NCBI RefSeq assembly: GCF_006345805.1
Contig: NC_043024.1
Location: 6,634,001-6,698,000 of the forward strand
DNA from: Octopus sinensis
Taxonomy: Eukaryota
Length of the DNA stretch: 64,000 nt
Direction of reading: 5' to 3'
Position 1 is the stretch's first letter. Every line of letters begins with the position of its first letter. A program made the position numbers and the translations under genes. Below are positions 24,691 to 37,299 of this stretch, one piece after another. The notes under the pieces were generated by a model. The model searched no databases, was not told the DNA's origin, and was given only the letters and a program-made list of their open reading frames with translations.

Positions 24691-25418
24691 AGGATTTTTA
24701 TCTCTTTTAATAATCTTCAATCATCCAAGGTTAATCGTATTCATAAAATTCCATGTTAGACCAGAATCAGAACAACAGTAGTCTTTAAGTAATGGAATTA
24801 GTAAGAATAATTTGAAGATATCGAATACTTTTGAGAGTGGTACCTTGTAAAAAGAAATATAAGAGAAATGTAAAAAATGACACACAGATGTTTAAACATA
24901 TCTTGAAAATGGAACATTCCAGAAGCCTTTCATTGATATTAAATCAAATAAGTGTTCAATTTGTCATTTCTAAAACCCAAACTGGGGAGAAATATCTTAT
25001 GCATGCAATTAACCGATAAATTTTTCATTGATTTGAAGTGAAACTGTTCAGCGTTTTCAAAGTTATGCAGTTAACCGGTTCATGCGATTATCCGATACCT
25101 ATCTATACAGAACCACTCACACACATATACACAATTTCTGTGAGTGTGTGTGTATACATACACACACACACACACACAAGCTGTGATGGGTCACCATTCT
25201 ATATTGTCACCATTCTATATTTTTAATTTCGCGTATGTGCATTGTTTTTGATTTTGTCAACTGCACAGTATAGTAGGGTCAGTTGGGTACCATCTGTGAG
25301 AAAAACAGCACCATGATGCAATTCACTTGGCCAGAAATTTGGAAACGACATGCTATACTACTACTACTACTACTACTACTTGTTGTTATTGTTGTTATTA
25401 TTATTATTATTATTATTA

Positions 25419-25457
<39 letters not shown>

Positions 25458-25689
25458 GGCAGCAAGCTGGTAGAATCGTTAGCAAAAATTTCAGACCTTG
25501 TGCCTATAGTAGAAATGATTATTATTGTTACTACTTAATTATATTTTTTAAAATATGCATGTTTAATGCAGTCTCTCGGAGACACCCCGCGTCCTAGGGC
25601 AAATGAAGGTAAAGAGATGTTGAAATATAACTGAAGATTTTGGGAAGGGAAGTGGGGAAGGCAGTATAGAAATACATTCATATAATAAA

Positions 25690-26925
25690 GCACAAAGATT
25701 TAAATTGATAAGCTTTTCCTAGAGACGTGGGCAGCTCTTGACAGCACAGTCCTTTGGATTCCTGTGAGATGTGGTTCTCCTGGGATGTTGACTACATGTT
25801 TGTGACATACTTTTTTTCCACATAAGGCACCTACAATAACAGGAACAGTTTTTTGCTTTGAATTGCCACATCTTTCGTATTTCAATTTCCTGCTCCTTAT
25901 ATTTACTAAGCTTGTCAAACTTCTAAACAGATATATATTTATCAATGAATTCACTGACATTAATCAGTCTACAAGTATTTAGTCTGTAATAATTATGTCT
26001 GGTAATTTAGTGTTGACTGGAAAATCACAGAGGATGATGATATTTTAGCATTCAGTCACTGGCTCAAGATAGTGTTCATATCATTTAGGAGGAATGTAGA
26101 TTTGGTAGTGCTTACGTATTTACCAATGTTGATACTGTCCTTCCCAATCGGGACGATTTTTACATTCGTTTGGTGTTAGCCCCGTGCATCCCAAAACGAG
26201 ATGGTCTTTTATTTCATCAAATGTGTTTTGGATCAGCACCGTTTTTAAGAACATTATCCTGGTAATTTCTGGGAAACAAGCTTTGATCTCGTGCCACTGG
26301 TATGAAGCCTTCAGTTTCTGCCTTCAGTCTTGCACTTCCCAGCCATTGATGGGTTGTTGCTTGGTCTACATCAGCATTTTGACTTTAAAGAATATATTGT
26401 CCATGCAGGGACTTCTGGCTTCACCGTTCTTCAATTTGTTGCTGCCCGTTCTTTGTCAGCAGCCTGCATGATTCGTTTTGCTTGCTTAGAAGCAGTGGTT
26501 TCGGATTTTTCATTTTATGCCGAGTTACTGCTAAGTTCTGCGAATTTACAAACTTCCTTGACAATAGAATGCGACGTTTTGCTGCTTTCTTCATCGCACA
26601 TAAACCGCAGCATCCAGTCCTCTGCACTAGATAAGTACTTGGTCATTCCTATAGTAGAGGTTTTATAGCAGAATTCTAATCGTATCATTCCTCAACCACA
26701 ACTGCTTCTAGGTAGGTACAGACGGTCGACGTCTGTCTTAGAGCGGTGCATATTATTAGAGTTCAGTAATTTTCTTGTTTTCTCGTCCAGCCGTTGGAGT
26801 TCCGTTGGATTCCAGTGAATGATGTCAAAACTGTACAGCGCTACTGGAATTGCCAGGGTGTTAATGGCTACGATGCGATTTTTACAGTTAAGTTCAGACT
26901 TTAGTACAAGTCTTATTGTTATTAT
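25690..26925 (-). pseudogene. R4/Dong-type LINE fragment (RT C-terminus to RLE)
   Basis: Minus-strand RIVAINTLAIPVALYSF..DVDRLYLPR and TVPVIVGAL motifs. 5' edge lies in short (TAA)n. Confidence 0.75.
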
Positions 26926-26926
26926 T

Positions 26927-27060
26927 GCTGAGGTCGACTTAGTCTTTCATCCTTTTGAGGGTGGGGCAATAAAATAAGTACCAGTCGGGTACTGGGATCA
27001 ATGTAGACGATTAGGCTCCACTCCCCAAAACCCAAGTCTTGTGCCTATAGTAGAAAGGAT
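26927..27060 (+). mobile_element. second SINE family, 3' part with (ATT)n tail; internally deleted copy at 25456-25525
   Basis: GAGGTCGACTT...TTTCATCCTT...AAGTACCAG central domain and GTGCCTATAGTAGAAA end shared with 25500-25515. Confidence 0.65.
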
Positions 27061-27133
27061 TATTATTATTATTATTATTATTATTATTGTTGTTGTTGTT
27101 GTTATTATTATTATTATTATTGTTGTTGTTGTT

Positions 27134-27189
<56 letters not shown>

Positions 27190-27193
<4 letters not shown>

Positions 27194-27725
27194 GAGTGAG
27201 TGAGCAGTGCATGCCATCAAAGTGACACTGGTGTACAAATATAGGAAACCCAGCATAGGCATCATGACTACCCGTCTGATAAGAGTACACCAGACACATG
27301 CATCACAGCCATATGAACACGAATTGGTGATAAACAGCGTATGACCTTGTAGGTGGGGCCCAGTTAGAATTTTCTTCAGGCCAAGTAGCCCATCCCGCTC
27401 AAAAGGTCATTTAAGGACGTTGAATGAAACACCTATGTTTCCAAAGGTGAATTATTCAAAACCCAAAGAATCCCTCTCAACACATGGCTAAGATGCTCCC
27501 CCACTACTTCTGCTCATGTTCAGAGATGCCCATATCGTCAGCTACTGAGGGACATGCTCAACTGGCTAAGGTCAAACAACTGACAAGCAAATCTGTGGTA
27601 TTGAGCAGAATATTTGTTGTAGCCCATCTTTTATACCAAGACAAAACAATGTACGTGATGACACTTCCAATCAGTTAAGATCAGAAGCCATGAGAGTCAC
27701 TGCCTGGTACTGCATCAGGGCATTT
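27190..27725 (-). mobile_element. ~540-bp element flanked by (TAA)n on both sides
   Basis: End-to-end homology with 36735-37290 in inverted orientation. Confidence 0.85.
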
Positions 27726-27726
27726 A

Positions 27727-27836
<110 letters not shown>

Positions 27837-27857
27837 ACTAAAATCTTATTTTAGAAT

Positions 27858-27900
27858 TGTTACTCGAAGTTTCTCCTTTGGGCTCGTCAGTCGAGTACAA
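27858..27900 (-). ncRNA. degenerate hammerhead motif
   Basis: CUGACGA-GCCCAAAGGA-GAAA-CUUCGAG-UA-ACA. Helix I is missing and replaced by an inverted TCGAGTA. Confidence 0.4.
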
Positions 27901-27909
27901 TATATATAT

Positions 27910-28116
27910 AGGGGGAGTTCACAAAAAAAACTCAAAAAACAAAAAAAAAACAAAAGACGAAGACAGGTGGTGTACAAAACAAACAGATGTATTTGTATAA
28001 CGGTCGGGAATAGAAAAAGTATTTTACGTTTCGAGCCTACGCTCTTCTACAGAAAGGGACACAGAAAAAACAAGGAGAGAAAAAAATGTGTGTAGTGGCT
28101 AACGATCTATCATGGC
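27910..28116 (-). mobile_element. Penelope-like end with variant hammerhead (28022-28055)
   Basis: UUU-CUGUAGA-A-GAGC-GUAG-GCUC-GAAA-CG-UA-AAA. Confidence 0.65.
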
Positions 28117-28224
28117 TGCAATATATGTAAATGAGTATTGATTTTTACCAAAACCTGTGTGTGTATGAGTGTGTGTGCGTGTGTGTGTATGCATACATAC
28201 ATAAATACCTATATATGAATGTGT

Positions 28225-28556
<332 letters not shown>

Positions 28557-28582
28557 AATCTAACAACCTGTCTTGTATATAT

Positions 28583-28617
<35 letters not shown>

Positions 28618-28856
28618 TTACACGCACACAGCTTTATCGATTCCGTTTGTTTATAGAAATGCATGTATTAATACTTGATCACTCCACCTTTACCTTCACC
28701 AATCCACCCTCCCACCCGACTAGCCTTCTACCTGTTTCACACAAAACCATTTAATGCACCCCTTTATATTTATCCTTTCTTAATTCGATCAGTTTTGATT
28801 TTAAATCACACTCCATGCTCATTGATCACTTACCTCTCATTGTTTCTTCTCTCTAT

Positions 28857-28891
<35 letters not shown>

Positions 28892-29164
28892 TTCATTCAT
28901 TCATTCGTTTATTGACAGTCTTTCTTTTATTTCATTCTTTATATTCGATCTTTCTTCTTTTCTTTTTCCTTCCCGCGAAGTCTTCCTCTTTCTTTCTTTC
29001 CTTCCTCCCCACAACTTCATTCTTATACCCTTTCACCTTCTTACTACCTCCCTTTACAAACACACACACGCACACACGCACATACACTCTCACATACACA
29101 CATACACACACACACACATATAAGTATAAATATATATATGTGCGTGTGCGTACATACATACATG

Positions 29165-29221
<57 letters not shown>

Positions 29222-29269
29222 TAGGAAGAAATGGAGCTGAACGAAGATTTAACAAAATTCCTTTTTATT

Positions 29270-29355
29270 ATTTTCTACATATGTTTCAAAGGCTGCAAAG
29301 TCCCTAACTCGGATTGAATAAGGAGTCCATTTTGCAGCCTTCTCTTCAGGAAAAT
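29270..29355 (-). ncRNA. type-I hammerhead ribozyme (mirror copy)
   Basis: Exact reverse complement of 29512-29597. Confidence 0.85.
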
Positions 29356-29511
29356 CCAGGAACTTAATTCTCCAACAAAATGCACAGCAAGCTTTTCGAC
29401 AAACGCTCACGAGGAGCCCATGAAATAAATGAGCCCATTTATTTCATGGGCTCCTCGTGAGCGTTTGTCGAAAAGCTTGCTGTGCATTTTGTTGGAGAAT
29501 TAAGTTCCTGG

Positions 29512-29597
29512 ATTTTCCTGAAGAGAAGGCTGCAAAATGGACTCCTTATTCAATCCGAGTTAGGGACTTTGCAGCCTTTGAAACATATGTAGAAAAT
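29512..29597 (+). ncRNA. type-I hammerhead ribozyme
   Basis: AUUUUC-CUGAAGA-GAAGGCUGCAAA...UUUGCAGCCUUU-GAAA-CAUAUG-UA-GAAAAU, immediately followed by AATAAA (29598-29603). Confidence 0.85.
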
Positions 29598-29801
29598 AAT
29601 AAAAAGGAATTTTGTTAAATCTTCGTTCAGCTCCATTTCTTCCTACACTAAATATATAAAACTTCAAATTTCCGCACTAAGGCACGGATTTCAGGCCCCA
29701 TGGTCGTAACCTCAACCATGCCTTTTCTGTTGTGATTTTTGCTACCCAGGTATCGGTTATCATTTGAATTATCCGTAATAAGATAATTCATTTATCTACT
29801 T

Positions 29802-29844
<43 letters not shown>

Positions 29845-29934
29845 TATATTATATATTATATATATATATATATAGTATATAATATATATATATATTATAT
29901 ATATATATACATATATATACATACATATATATAT

Positions 29935-29969
<35 letters not shown>

Positions 29970-30018
29970 CATATATATATACACATACATATATATACAC
30001 ACATACATACATACATAT

Positions 30019-30084
<66 letters not shown>

Positions 30085-30200
30085 CACGAGTGAAAGAAAA
30101 TGCCACTCGACACATTTAGTAGGAATCACATGTATTATTTACAACATTTGGATTCGGTTCGATTCGACTTAAAGTCTGAAAGAGACGCGCTTCTGTTTGA
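30085..30200 (-). mobile_element. decayed Penelope-like end; related copy at 41038-41200
   Basis: Shared ACGAGTGA...AAATG.CACTC.ACACATTT...ATGTATTATTTA next to a microsatellite. Confidence 0.35.
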
Positions 30201-30444
30201 GGCCAGCGAAACTCGTATGGAATCGCATCACACTCTCTTAAATACTATATAACGCAAAAACAGAGCATTGGGAGATTACATTAAGATACGTATCTTATAA
30301 ATATGCCTGTTCAAGTATCATAACAGCATGAAACTGTTAGTAGCTCGTTTGGTTGTGTATTTAAATTAATATTTATCTCACACTGGAGGGAGTACTTTTT
30401 TTGTTGATACTACCTCTATTGGATCTTTAAAGCATATATATATA

Positions 30445-30670
30445 TATATATAATAAGAGAGAAGGAAAATGGAATTCACAAGACTCTTTATTATTCACTA
30501 CGATCGTTTCTACCCATCATGCATCAAAGCATTTCAGGTGAAATGCTTTAAAAATAGTTGTGGGGTATCATAGGCGCTGATGTATCTCGTCACATGACTT
30601 GTCAAAAGGTATCTGGGTCGAAACGATCGTAGTGGATAATAAAGGTTCTTGTGAATTCCATTTTTTTGCT
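30445..30670. mobile_element. imperfect inverted pair of Penelope-like ends
   Basis: GGAATTCACAAG...CACTACGATCGTTTC versus GAAACGATCGTAGTG...AATAAAG...CTTGTGAATTCC. Internal hairpin AAAGCATTTCA-GG-TGAAATGCTTT (30526-30549). Confidence 0.6.
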
Positions 30671-30819
30671 CTCATATTTTTATAAACTCAACGGACTCAA
30701 AGGGATTTCTGAAGTAAATTCAGCGACATATAATTCCATACCGCTGATAACATCAGGTAGCCAAGTACAGTGAACGGGCTTTAAAGGGCATACTACAAGG
30801 TATGTACCCGAAGATGATG

Positions 30820-30930
30820 AGTAGTTGTTTTACGCTTCGAGCATAGCTCTTCTTCGGAAACAGGAAAAACAGGAAAGTCCAAAGTCAAGAAAGAAGGAGG
30901 AAAAAAATCGCCAGTAATCCATATGCGGTT
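30820..30930 (-). mobile_element. Penelope-like end with mutated hammerhead (30827-30861)
   Basis: GUUU-CCGAAGA-A-GAGC-UAU-GCUC-GAAG-CG-UA-AAAC (two core substitutions). Confidence 0.55.
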
Positions 30931-31323
30931 ACATTTCTGAAGTGACCAAAAATAGAAGTTGTGTCTTGAAGACTATTGAAAAGGTTGCAAGACGCAACGA
31001 ATATTTTAGGAAAATGAAAATAAGAAATAAGTGGAAATTTTACCGGTGAGTGTGTTAAATTATAAGGCACAAAAAGAAAATGACTCTCCTTAGACACAAC
31101 AGAATATGCTTCAACACACGAACTCATATAAAGAATCTTGCAAACCAAATCCAAAAACGAAACAAAAATAGGAGAAACAGAAAGTACTATCTGAGACAAG
31201 AGAGTGCGAAGATGGTCGGTATGTGTGTGCGTGTGGTGGGATCTGTGTTTGCATACGTGCGTAGATGGAAGGGTCAGAGGCTACATACATGTATATAAGT
31301 ATGTATGTATGTATGTATGTATG

Positions 31324-31355
<32 letters not shown>

Positions 31356-31405
31356 TGTATGTATGTATGTACTTACGTATGTATGTATATATGTATGTAT
31401 GTATG

Positions 31406-31438
<33 letters not shown>

Positions 31439-31484
31439 ATATATATATATATATATATTTACACACACACACATCTATATATAT

Positions 31485-31640
31485 ATGGGCTTCTTTCAGT
31501 TTCCATCTACCAAATCCACTCACAAGGCTTTGGTCGGCCCGTGGCTATAGTAGAAGACACTTGCCCAAGGTGCCACGCAGTGGGACTGAACCTAGAACCA
31601 TGTGGTTAGAAAGCAAGCTTCTTACCATAGAGCCACGTCT
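31485..31640 (-). mobile_element. tRNA-SINE 5' half
   Basis: Homology to the main family head. Confidence 0.8.
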
Positions 31641-31814
31641 GCGCATATATATCGTTTAGGCATTGCGAGACCAATAACACAAAGTAGAACTCAATACAGG
31701 TGTGTTTCAGAACGAAGTATTGGCTGAGAATACAGCGGTAATAAGAGAGATGACGAAGGAATGAATGATTATCTTATCAACTTCATTAGCTTGCTATGTC
31801 GTCTCTTCTTTTAT

Positions 31815-32293
31815 GTGTATGTTTGTATGTATGTATGCATGCATGTATGTATGTATGTATGTACGTTTGTATGTATGTATTTATGTATGTATGTATGTAT
31901 GTATGTATGTATGTATGATGTATGTATGTGTGTGTGTATGTATGTATGTATGTATGTATGTATGTGTGTGTGTATGCATGTATGTATGTATGTATGTATG
32001 TATGTATGTATGTATGTATGTATGTATGCATGCATGTATGTATGTATGTGTGTGTATGCATGCATGTATGTATGTATGTATGTATGTATGTATGTATGTA
32101 TGTATGTATGTGTGTGTGTATGCATGTATGTATGTATGTAGTATGTATGTATGTATGTATGTATGCATGTATGCATGTATGTATGTATGTGTGTGTGTAT
32201 GCATGCATGTATGTATGTATGTATGTATGTATGTATGTGTGTGTATGCATGTATGTATGTATGTATGTATGTATGTATGTATGTATGTATGTA

Positions 32294-32324
<31 letters not shown>

Positions 32325-32586
32325 ATGTATGTATGTATGTATGTGTGTGTGTATGCATGTATGTATGTATGTATGTATGTGTGTGTGTATGCATGTATGC
32401 ATGTATGCATGTATGTATGTATGTGTGTGTGTATGCATGCATGTATGCATGCATGTATGTATGTATGTATGTGTGTGTGTATGCATGTATGTATGTATGT
32501 ATGTATGTATTATGTATGTATGTGTGTGTGTGTATGTATGTATGTATGTATGTATGTATGTATGTATATGTGTGTGTATGTATGTA

Positions 32587-32619
<33 letters not shown>

Positions 32620-32690
32620 TTGTATGTAAGTATGTATGTATGTATGTATGTGTGTGTGTGTGTATGTATGTGTGTATGTATGTGCACGTG
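31815..32690. repeat. long (TATG)n/(TG)n compound array
   Basis: Directly visible. Confidence 0.95.
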
Positions 32691-32900
32691 TGTGCCTGTA
32701 TTTGTTCCCTTATCACCGCTTGACAACCGGTGTTGATGTGTTTATGTCCCCGTAACTTAACAGTTCGGAAAAGAGACCGTACAGAGTAAGTACTAGACTT
32801 AAAACTAGGTCCTGGAATCGATTTGTTCGATTAAAACCCTTGAAGGTGGTGCTCCAGCATAGCCGTAGTGAAATGAGTGAAACAAATAAAAGAATAAAAG
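32690..32900 (+). mobile_element. tRNA-SINE 3' half
   Basis: Homology to 53270-53465. Confidence 0.8.
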
Positions 32901-32934
32901 AATGTGTGTGTGTGTGTGTATGTGTGTGTGTGTG

Positions 32935-34620
32935 TGTGTCCAGAAAACGATTAAGCTTCTCTCACATGGCGAGGCACTAGGCGCTGACTTCATCTCAGCT
33001 GAAATATACAAGGCAAGGTGGATACAAAAGCTCACCAACCTCTTTCAGATCATGTGACAACAGGAAATGTTCCCTCAGGAGTTCAAGGATACTTCTTTTG
33101 CAAGAGAAATGGAAACAGGCAATTTCTTTCCTTGCCATCGCTGGCAAGACACTCGCAAGAGTCCTCCTTAAGCGCCTCACTCAGCACATGGAAGGTGAGC
33201 ATGTACCAGTGAGTCAGTGTGGCTTGAAAGAGGGCCCTGGGACAGTCGACATGATCTTTGCAGCATGCCAATTTCAGAAGTGCTAGGAACAAAACAGGGA
33301 TCTATACACGATGTTTGTAAACTTAACCAATGCCTTCGACATCATTAGCCGTGAGGGGCTTTGGAAGATCATGGAAAAGTTCGGCTGAGCAGACAAATTC
33401 ATCAATATAGTGCATCAGCTTCACGACGCCGTGGTCACCCGGGTGCTGGACAGTAAGGACTCTGCCGTTGTATTCCCAGTCATTAACGGGGTCAAGCAAG
33501 ACTGTGTACTCACACCGTCATTGTTCATCATGATGTTCTCGGGAATGCCGTCGGATACTTTCGAATGCTATCGGATGCTTTCCGCAACATCGACAAAACC
33601 AGTCACCGTATACGAACCCAGTGGAACACTTCTGGGTCATAATGGACAGGACACTACATAAAAAGAACAAGACAGCATCTTCAAAGCCAAATCTTTTGAA
33701 ATTACTGCATGAAACTTGGTAAGAAATTCCTCAAGAGAATATTTGTCATCTGATCAGTAACATGCCTAATAGGGTCCTTGCATTGAAAAATGTATAGGGC
33801 ATGACCCTTCAGCTGTGGAGGTTACAGGCCAAGACTAAGGTAAAAGAGGACTTCCTTTCCGTAGACGACTGCGCACTTAACGACGCCACAGAGGCCCATA
33901 TGCAACAGAGCATGAACTGCTTCTCCACTGCCTACAGCAACTTAGACGCCACAATCAGAACTCAGAAGGCAGAGGTCATGCACCAACCTGCCCCACAAAA
34001 CCAGTATGTGGAACCAACAAGCACTGTCAAAGGGGAGAACCTGAAGGTGGTTAATAAGTTCACGTACCTCGATAGCACACTCTCCAGACTTGTGAACATT
34101 GAAGATGAAGTCGACACGCACACGTCGTAAAAGGAAGATTAGCACACTGGCGGCTACGTGAATCAGTATGGGAGAAGAGAGAAACTGGGCTAGCCACCAA
34201 TTTGAAGGTGAAGCAAGCAGTTGTACAGCCTACGTTACTGCGGGACTTGGACAGTTCATGAACATCACATCAAAAGGCTAATCCTCTTGCACATGAAGTG
34301 TTTGAGAAAACTGTTGAAAATTACAAAGCAAGACAAGGTCCCAGACACGGAGGTTCTCTCTCGAGCTGATCTGCCAAGCATTTATACTCTGCTGAGGAGA
34401 ACGAAGGTCGGTTGGGCAGGCCACCTTGTTCGAATGCCTGACACACAACTACCCCAAAAAACTGTTTTACACTTAATTGGCAGAAGGCAAGCGCACACAG
34501 GGTGAAGAGATAAAGTGCTTCAAATATGCATTCAATGTCTCACCAAAGCGCTTTCAGATCATCCCCGATACTTGGGAAACTCAGGCACAAGACCATCCTG
34601 CATGGTGAAAACGTGAGCTA
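32935..34620 (+). pseudogene. degenerate RTE (BovB-like) LINE reverse-transcriptase region
   Basis: GTVDMIFAA.Q.Q.KC, FVNLTNAFD, GVKQDCVL.PSLF, KFTYLDSTLS and VGWAGHLVRMPD motifs, with stops and frameshifts. Confidence 0.85.
33615..33803 (+). pseudogene. Tc1 transposase C-terminal fragment nested in the RTE RT
   Basis: NPVEHFWVIMDRTLHKKNKTASSKPNLLKLLHETW*EIPQENICHLISNMPNRV. Confidence 0.6.
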
Positions 34621-34654
34621 CGCAAGTATGTATGTATGTATAAATACATATATA

Positions 34655-34693
<39 letters not shown>

Positions 34694-34873
34694 TTTAAAT
34701 ATGTGTTGTGCAAAGGACCACTGATGCGGTCACATAGTGTGACGAAAGAACTCTGGCCGAAATAAGATTAAGATTTAATGTATAAAAAATAAATAACACT
34801 GAAGCAAAGTAACACCAAATATAGAGTGAGTGTGTTTTTATTGGCTAAACTGGCAAAATGACCATTCCTTAAT

Positions 34874-34914
<41 letters not shown>

Positions 34915-35104
34915 CTATATATATATATATATATACTATATATATATATATATATATATATAGGGGTGTAAAATGAAAAATTGATTTTTATATTTTACCC
35001 TTACATTTCCACGTGTATTTTATATTTTCTTTTCGTAACATATTTCTACTATAAGATATATATATATATAATATCACCGTGATATATATATATATATATA
35101 TCAC

Positions 35105-35141
<37 letters not shown>

Positions 35142-35224
35142 AAAAAGGAGATGTGAAACACGAGTTGTGATATATAAAAAAAGGGAATGAAGAAGATGCT
35201 GACAAAATAATTTAAGTAAGGGAG

Positions 35225-35600
35225 AGTGTATTTAATTAGGTGAGGGAACTGACCTCAATTTGTTCCGCTATGTCAGAGACCTTGCAACGAGGATTATCCT
35301 CCACACTTCTCTTGGAAAAGAGAAGGGTACCGTCAGAGGGCTCTGATCGATCTGGGCGAAGTGATGTGATCTCCTTCCCCTCTCTGGGGAATTGTACAAT
35401 CACTCTATTAACTGTAGAAAGCAGGATCTCAAGGTCTTCTGCGATTTTACACTGACTATGTCTACCTTCAGAGTGAGCCACATTACGGCCTCTTTGAAAT
35501 TCAGACAGTTCCAAGGGTTCTTTTGTACATGGCATGATTAAACAGTCACGTATAGAACCTGAAACATAAAAGTGTCAATTAATAAAAAAAAACTTGTCCA
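35225..35600 (-). pseudogene. Tc1-like transposase N-terminal (HTH) fragment
   Basis: MPCTKEPLELSEFQRGRNV..., homologous to 47568-47950 and 42861-43030. Confidence 0.75.
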
Positions 35601-35611
35601 TACGTACATAT

Positions 35612-36020
35612 TCGTGCAACAGCTTTATTCCTCCCTATGCCTGTCATCTCTCATGTCCCTGCCGTAAGGCTTCACTTTCACACACGTCAGCTTAAGTTAA
35701 TTCGTCCTTAGTCGAAAGACACCTGTTGTTATGTCCTGTTATTTGTATTTGTGTAACATTTCTCCGTTTTTCTTTCCGTCCTTGTTTTCGTATACATTCG
35801 CCGCTTTCTTCCAAGGAATCTAATGCTCTTAGCTTAGTTTTTCCTTGTGGTTGGCCAGATTGGAGCAATCTCGAGTATAATCAGCCGAAATTGCAAAAAT
35901 AATCTGGAACTTGACTGAGGACAGAAAACTTCGAATGACCCGTCCCTGTGTTTTCTTGTCCCTTTTTTGTATCATCTCAGCTGTCTGGATGTTTTGCGTT
36001 CTTGCCCCACTTTTTGTATT
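35612..36020. repeat. second copy of the 23405-23830 repeat (inverted)
   Basis: See 23405-23830. Confidence 0.8.
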
Positions 36021-36734
36021 CCTTTTCATATAAGTACATGCATACATGTGCGCATGCGCGTTTGTGTCATACATAAAATTTTCATATCTATATATATACA
36101 TGCACATTTCTTTCTTTCTCTCTCCTTTCCTCTCTTTCTTTCTTTCTTTATTTATTTATTTACTTATGTATTTCGTTATTTGTAAACACACACACACCTT
36201 ATATGTACAATAACATTCCGCTGTGTATATTCATTCAGCTGATTTTAATACTTTTGAAATCTTATTGAATCAACAACGGAGACAGTTTAAAGAAAATAAC
36301 GACACAAAACAAACGCACGCGCGCGCACATGTATGTAGGTGTGCAGACATATCTCACTGTGTGGAAGTATGTATGTATGTATGTATTATGTGTGCGTGTA
36401 TATATGCATGTATGTGTTTGTATGTATGTATGTAATGTATGTTTGTATGTATGTATGTATGTATGTATGTATGTGTGTATGTATGTATGTTTGTATGTAT
36501 GTATGTATGTTTGTGTGTATGTATGTATGTATGTTTGTGTGTATGTAAAGAAACTGAAAAGGTGACACACGATCAATTGAATTTATCGAAAACATAAATA
36601 ATGAAATGACTAATATTTTTGTAAGATTCGTTTCCCATTTCTTGTCCTTTTCTTTTTCACCTCTGTCAGTTATCAACCCTTTTGAAGCCATCCTGTACCC
36701 AGGATTTTAAAAAATAGCAATAATAATAATAATA

Positions 36735-37290
36735 AATACCCTGAGTGGCTGTCATGGCTTCTGATCTTAACTGATTGGAAGTGTTATCATGTACATTGTT
36801 TTGTCTTGGTATAAAAGATGGGCTACAGCAAATATTCTGCCCAATACCACAGATTTGCTTGTCAGTTGTTTGACCTTAACCAGTTGAGCATGTCCCTTAG
36901 TGGCTGACGATATGTGCATCTCTGATCACGAGCAGAAGTAGTGGGGGAGCATCATAGCTGTGTTGAGAGGAATTCTTTGGGGTTTGGTTAATTCACCTCT
37001 GGAATCATGTGTGTTTCGTTCAATATTCTTAAACAACTCTTATTCAGTGACCTTCTGAGTGGGATGGGCTACTCGACCTGAAGAAAATTCTAACTGGGCC
37101 TCACCTGCAAGGTCATGTGCTGTTTATCTTGATATGAGATCACCATGTCGTGCACATTTGGTTGTGATGCATATACCTGGCGTGCCCTTATCAGACGGGT
37201 AGTCATGATGGCTATACTGGTCTTAATATATTTTACCCCAGTGTCAATTTGATGGCATGCACTGCTCTTTCAATCAATTATAATAATAAC
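36735..37290 (+). mobile_element. ~540-bp (TAA)n-flanked element
   Basis: Homologous to the reverse complement of 27190-27725. Confidence 0.85.
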
Positions 37291-37299
37291 AATTATGAT

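Larger units (their letters stand above)
29217..29650. repeat. 434-bp palindrome (215-bp identical arms) made of two head-to-head Penelope-like ends
   Basis: Base-by-base comparison: 29217-29431 is the exact reverse complement of 29436-29650. Centre GAGCCC has a single mismatch. Confidence 0.95.

Noticed and set aside
27640-27725. U2 snRNA-like or HDV-ribozyme-like head on the 540-bp element
   Set aside because: Only a short partial match to U2, and no P1/P2/P3 nested pairing could be built by eye.
31761-32736. Long ORFs (up to 323 aa) of MYVC/HTYI repeats here, and similar ORFs at 4-6, 15.8, 28, 50, 55, 58 and 60.6 kb
   Set aside because: They are translations of stop-free microsatellites in several frames and both strands, with no coding signal.
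35905-35945. CTGAGGA...GAA in the unclassified repeat as a hammerhead
   Set aside because: Both copies lack a pairable helix II and a GAAA/NUH module.
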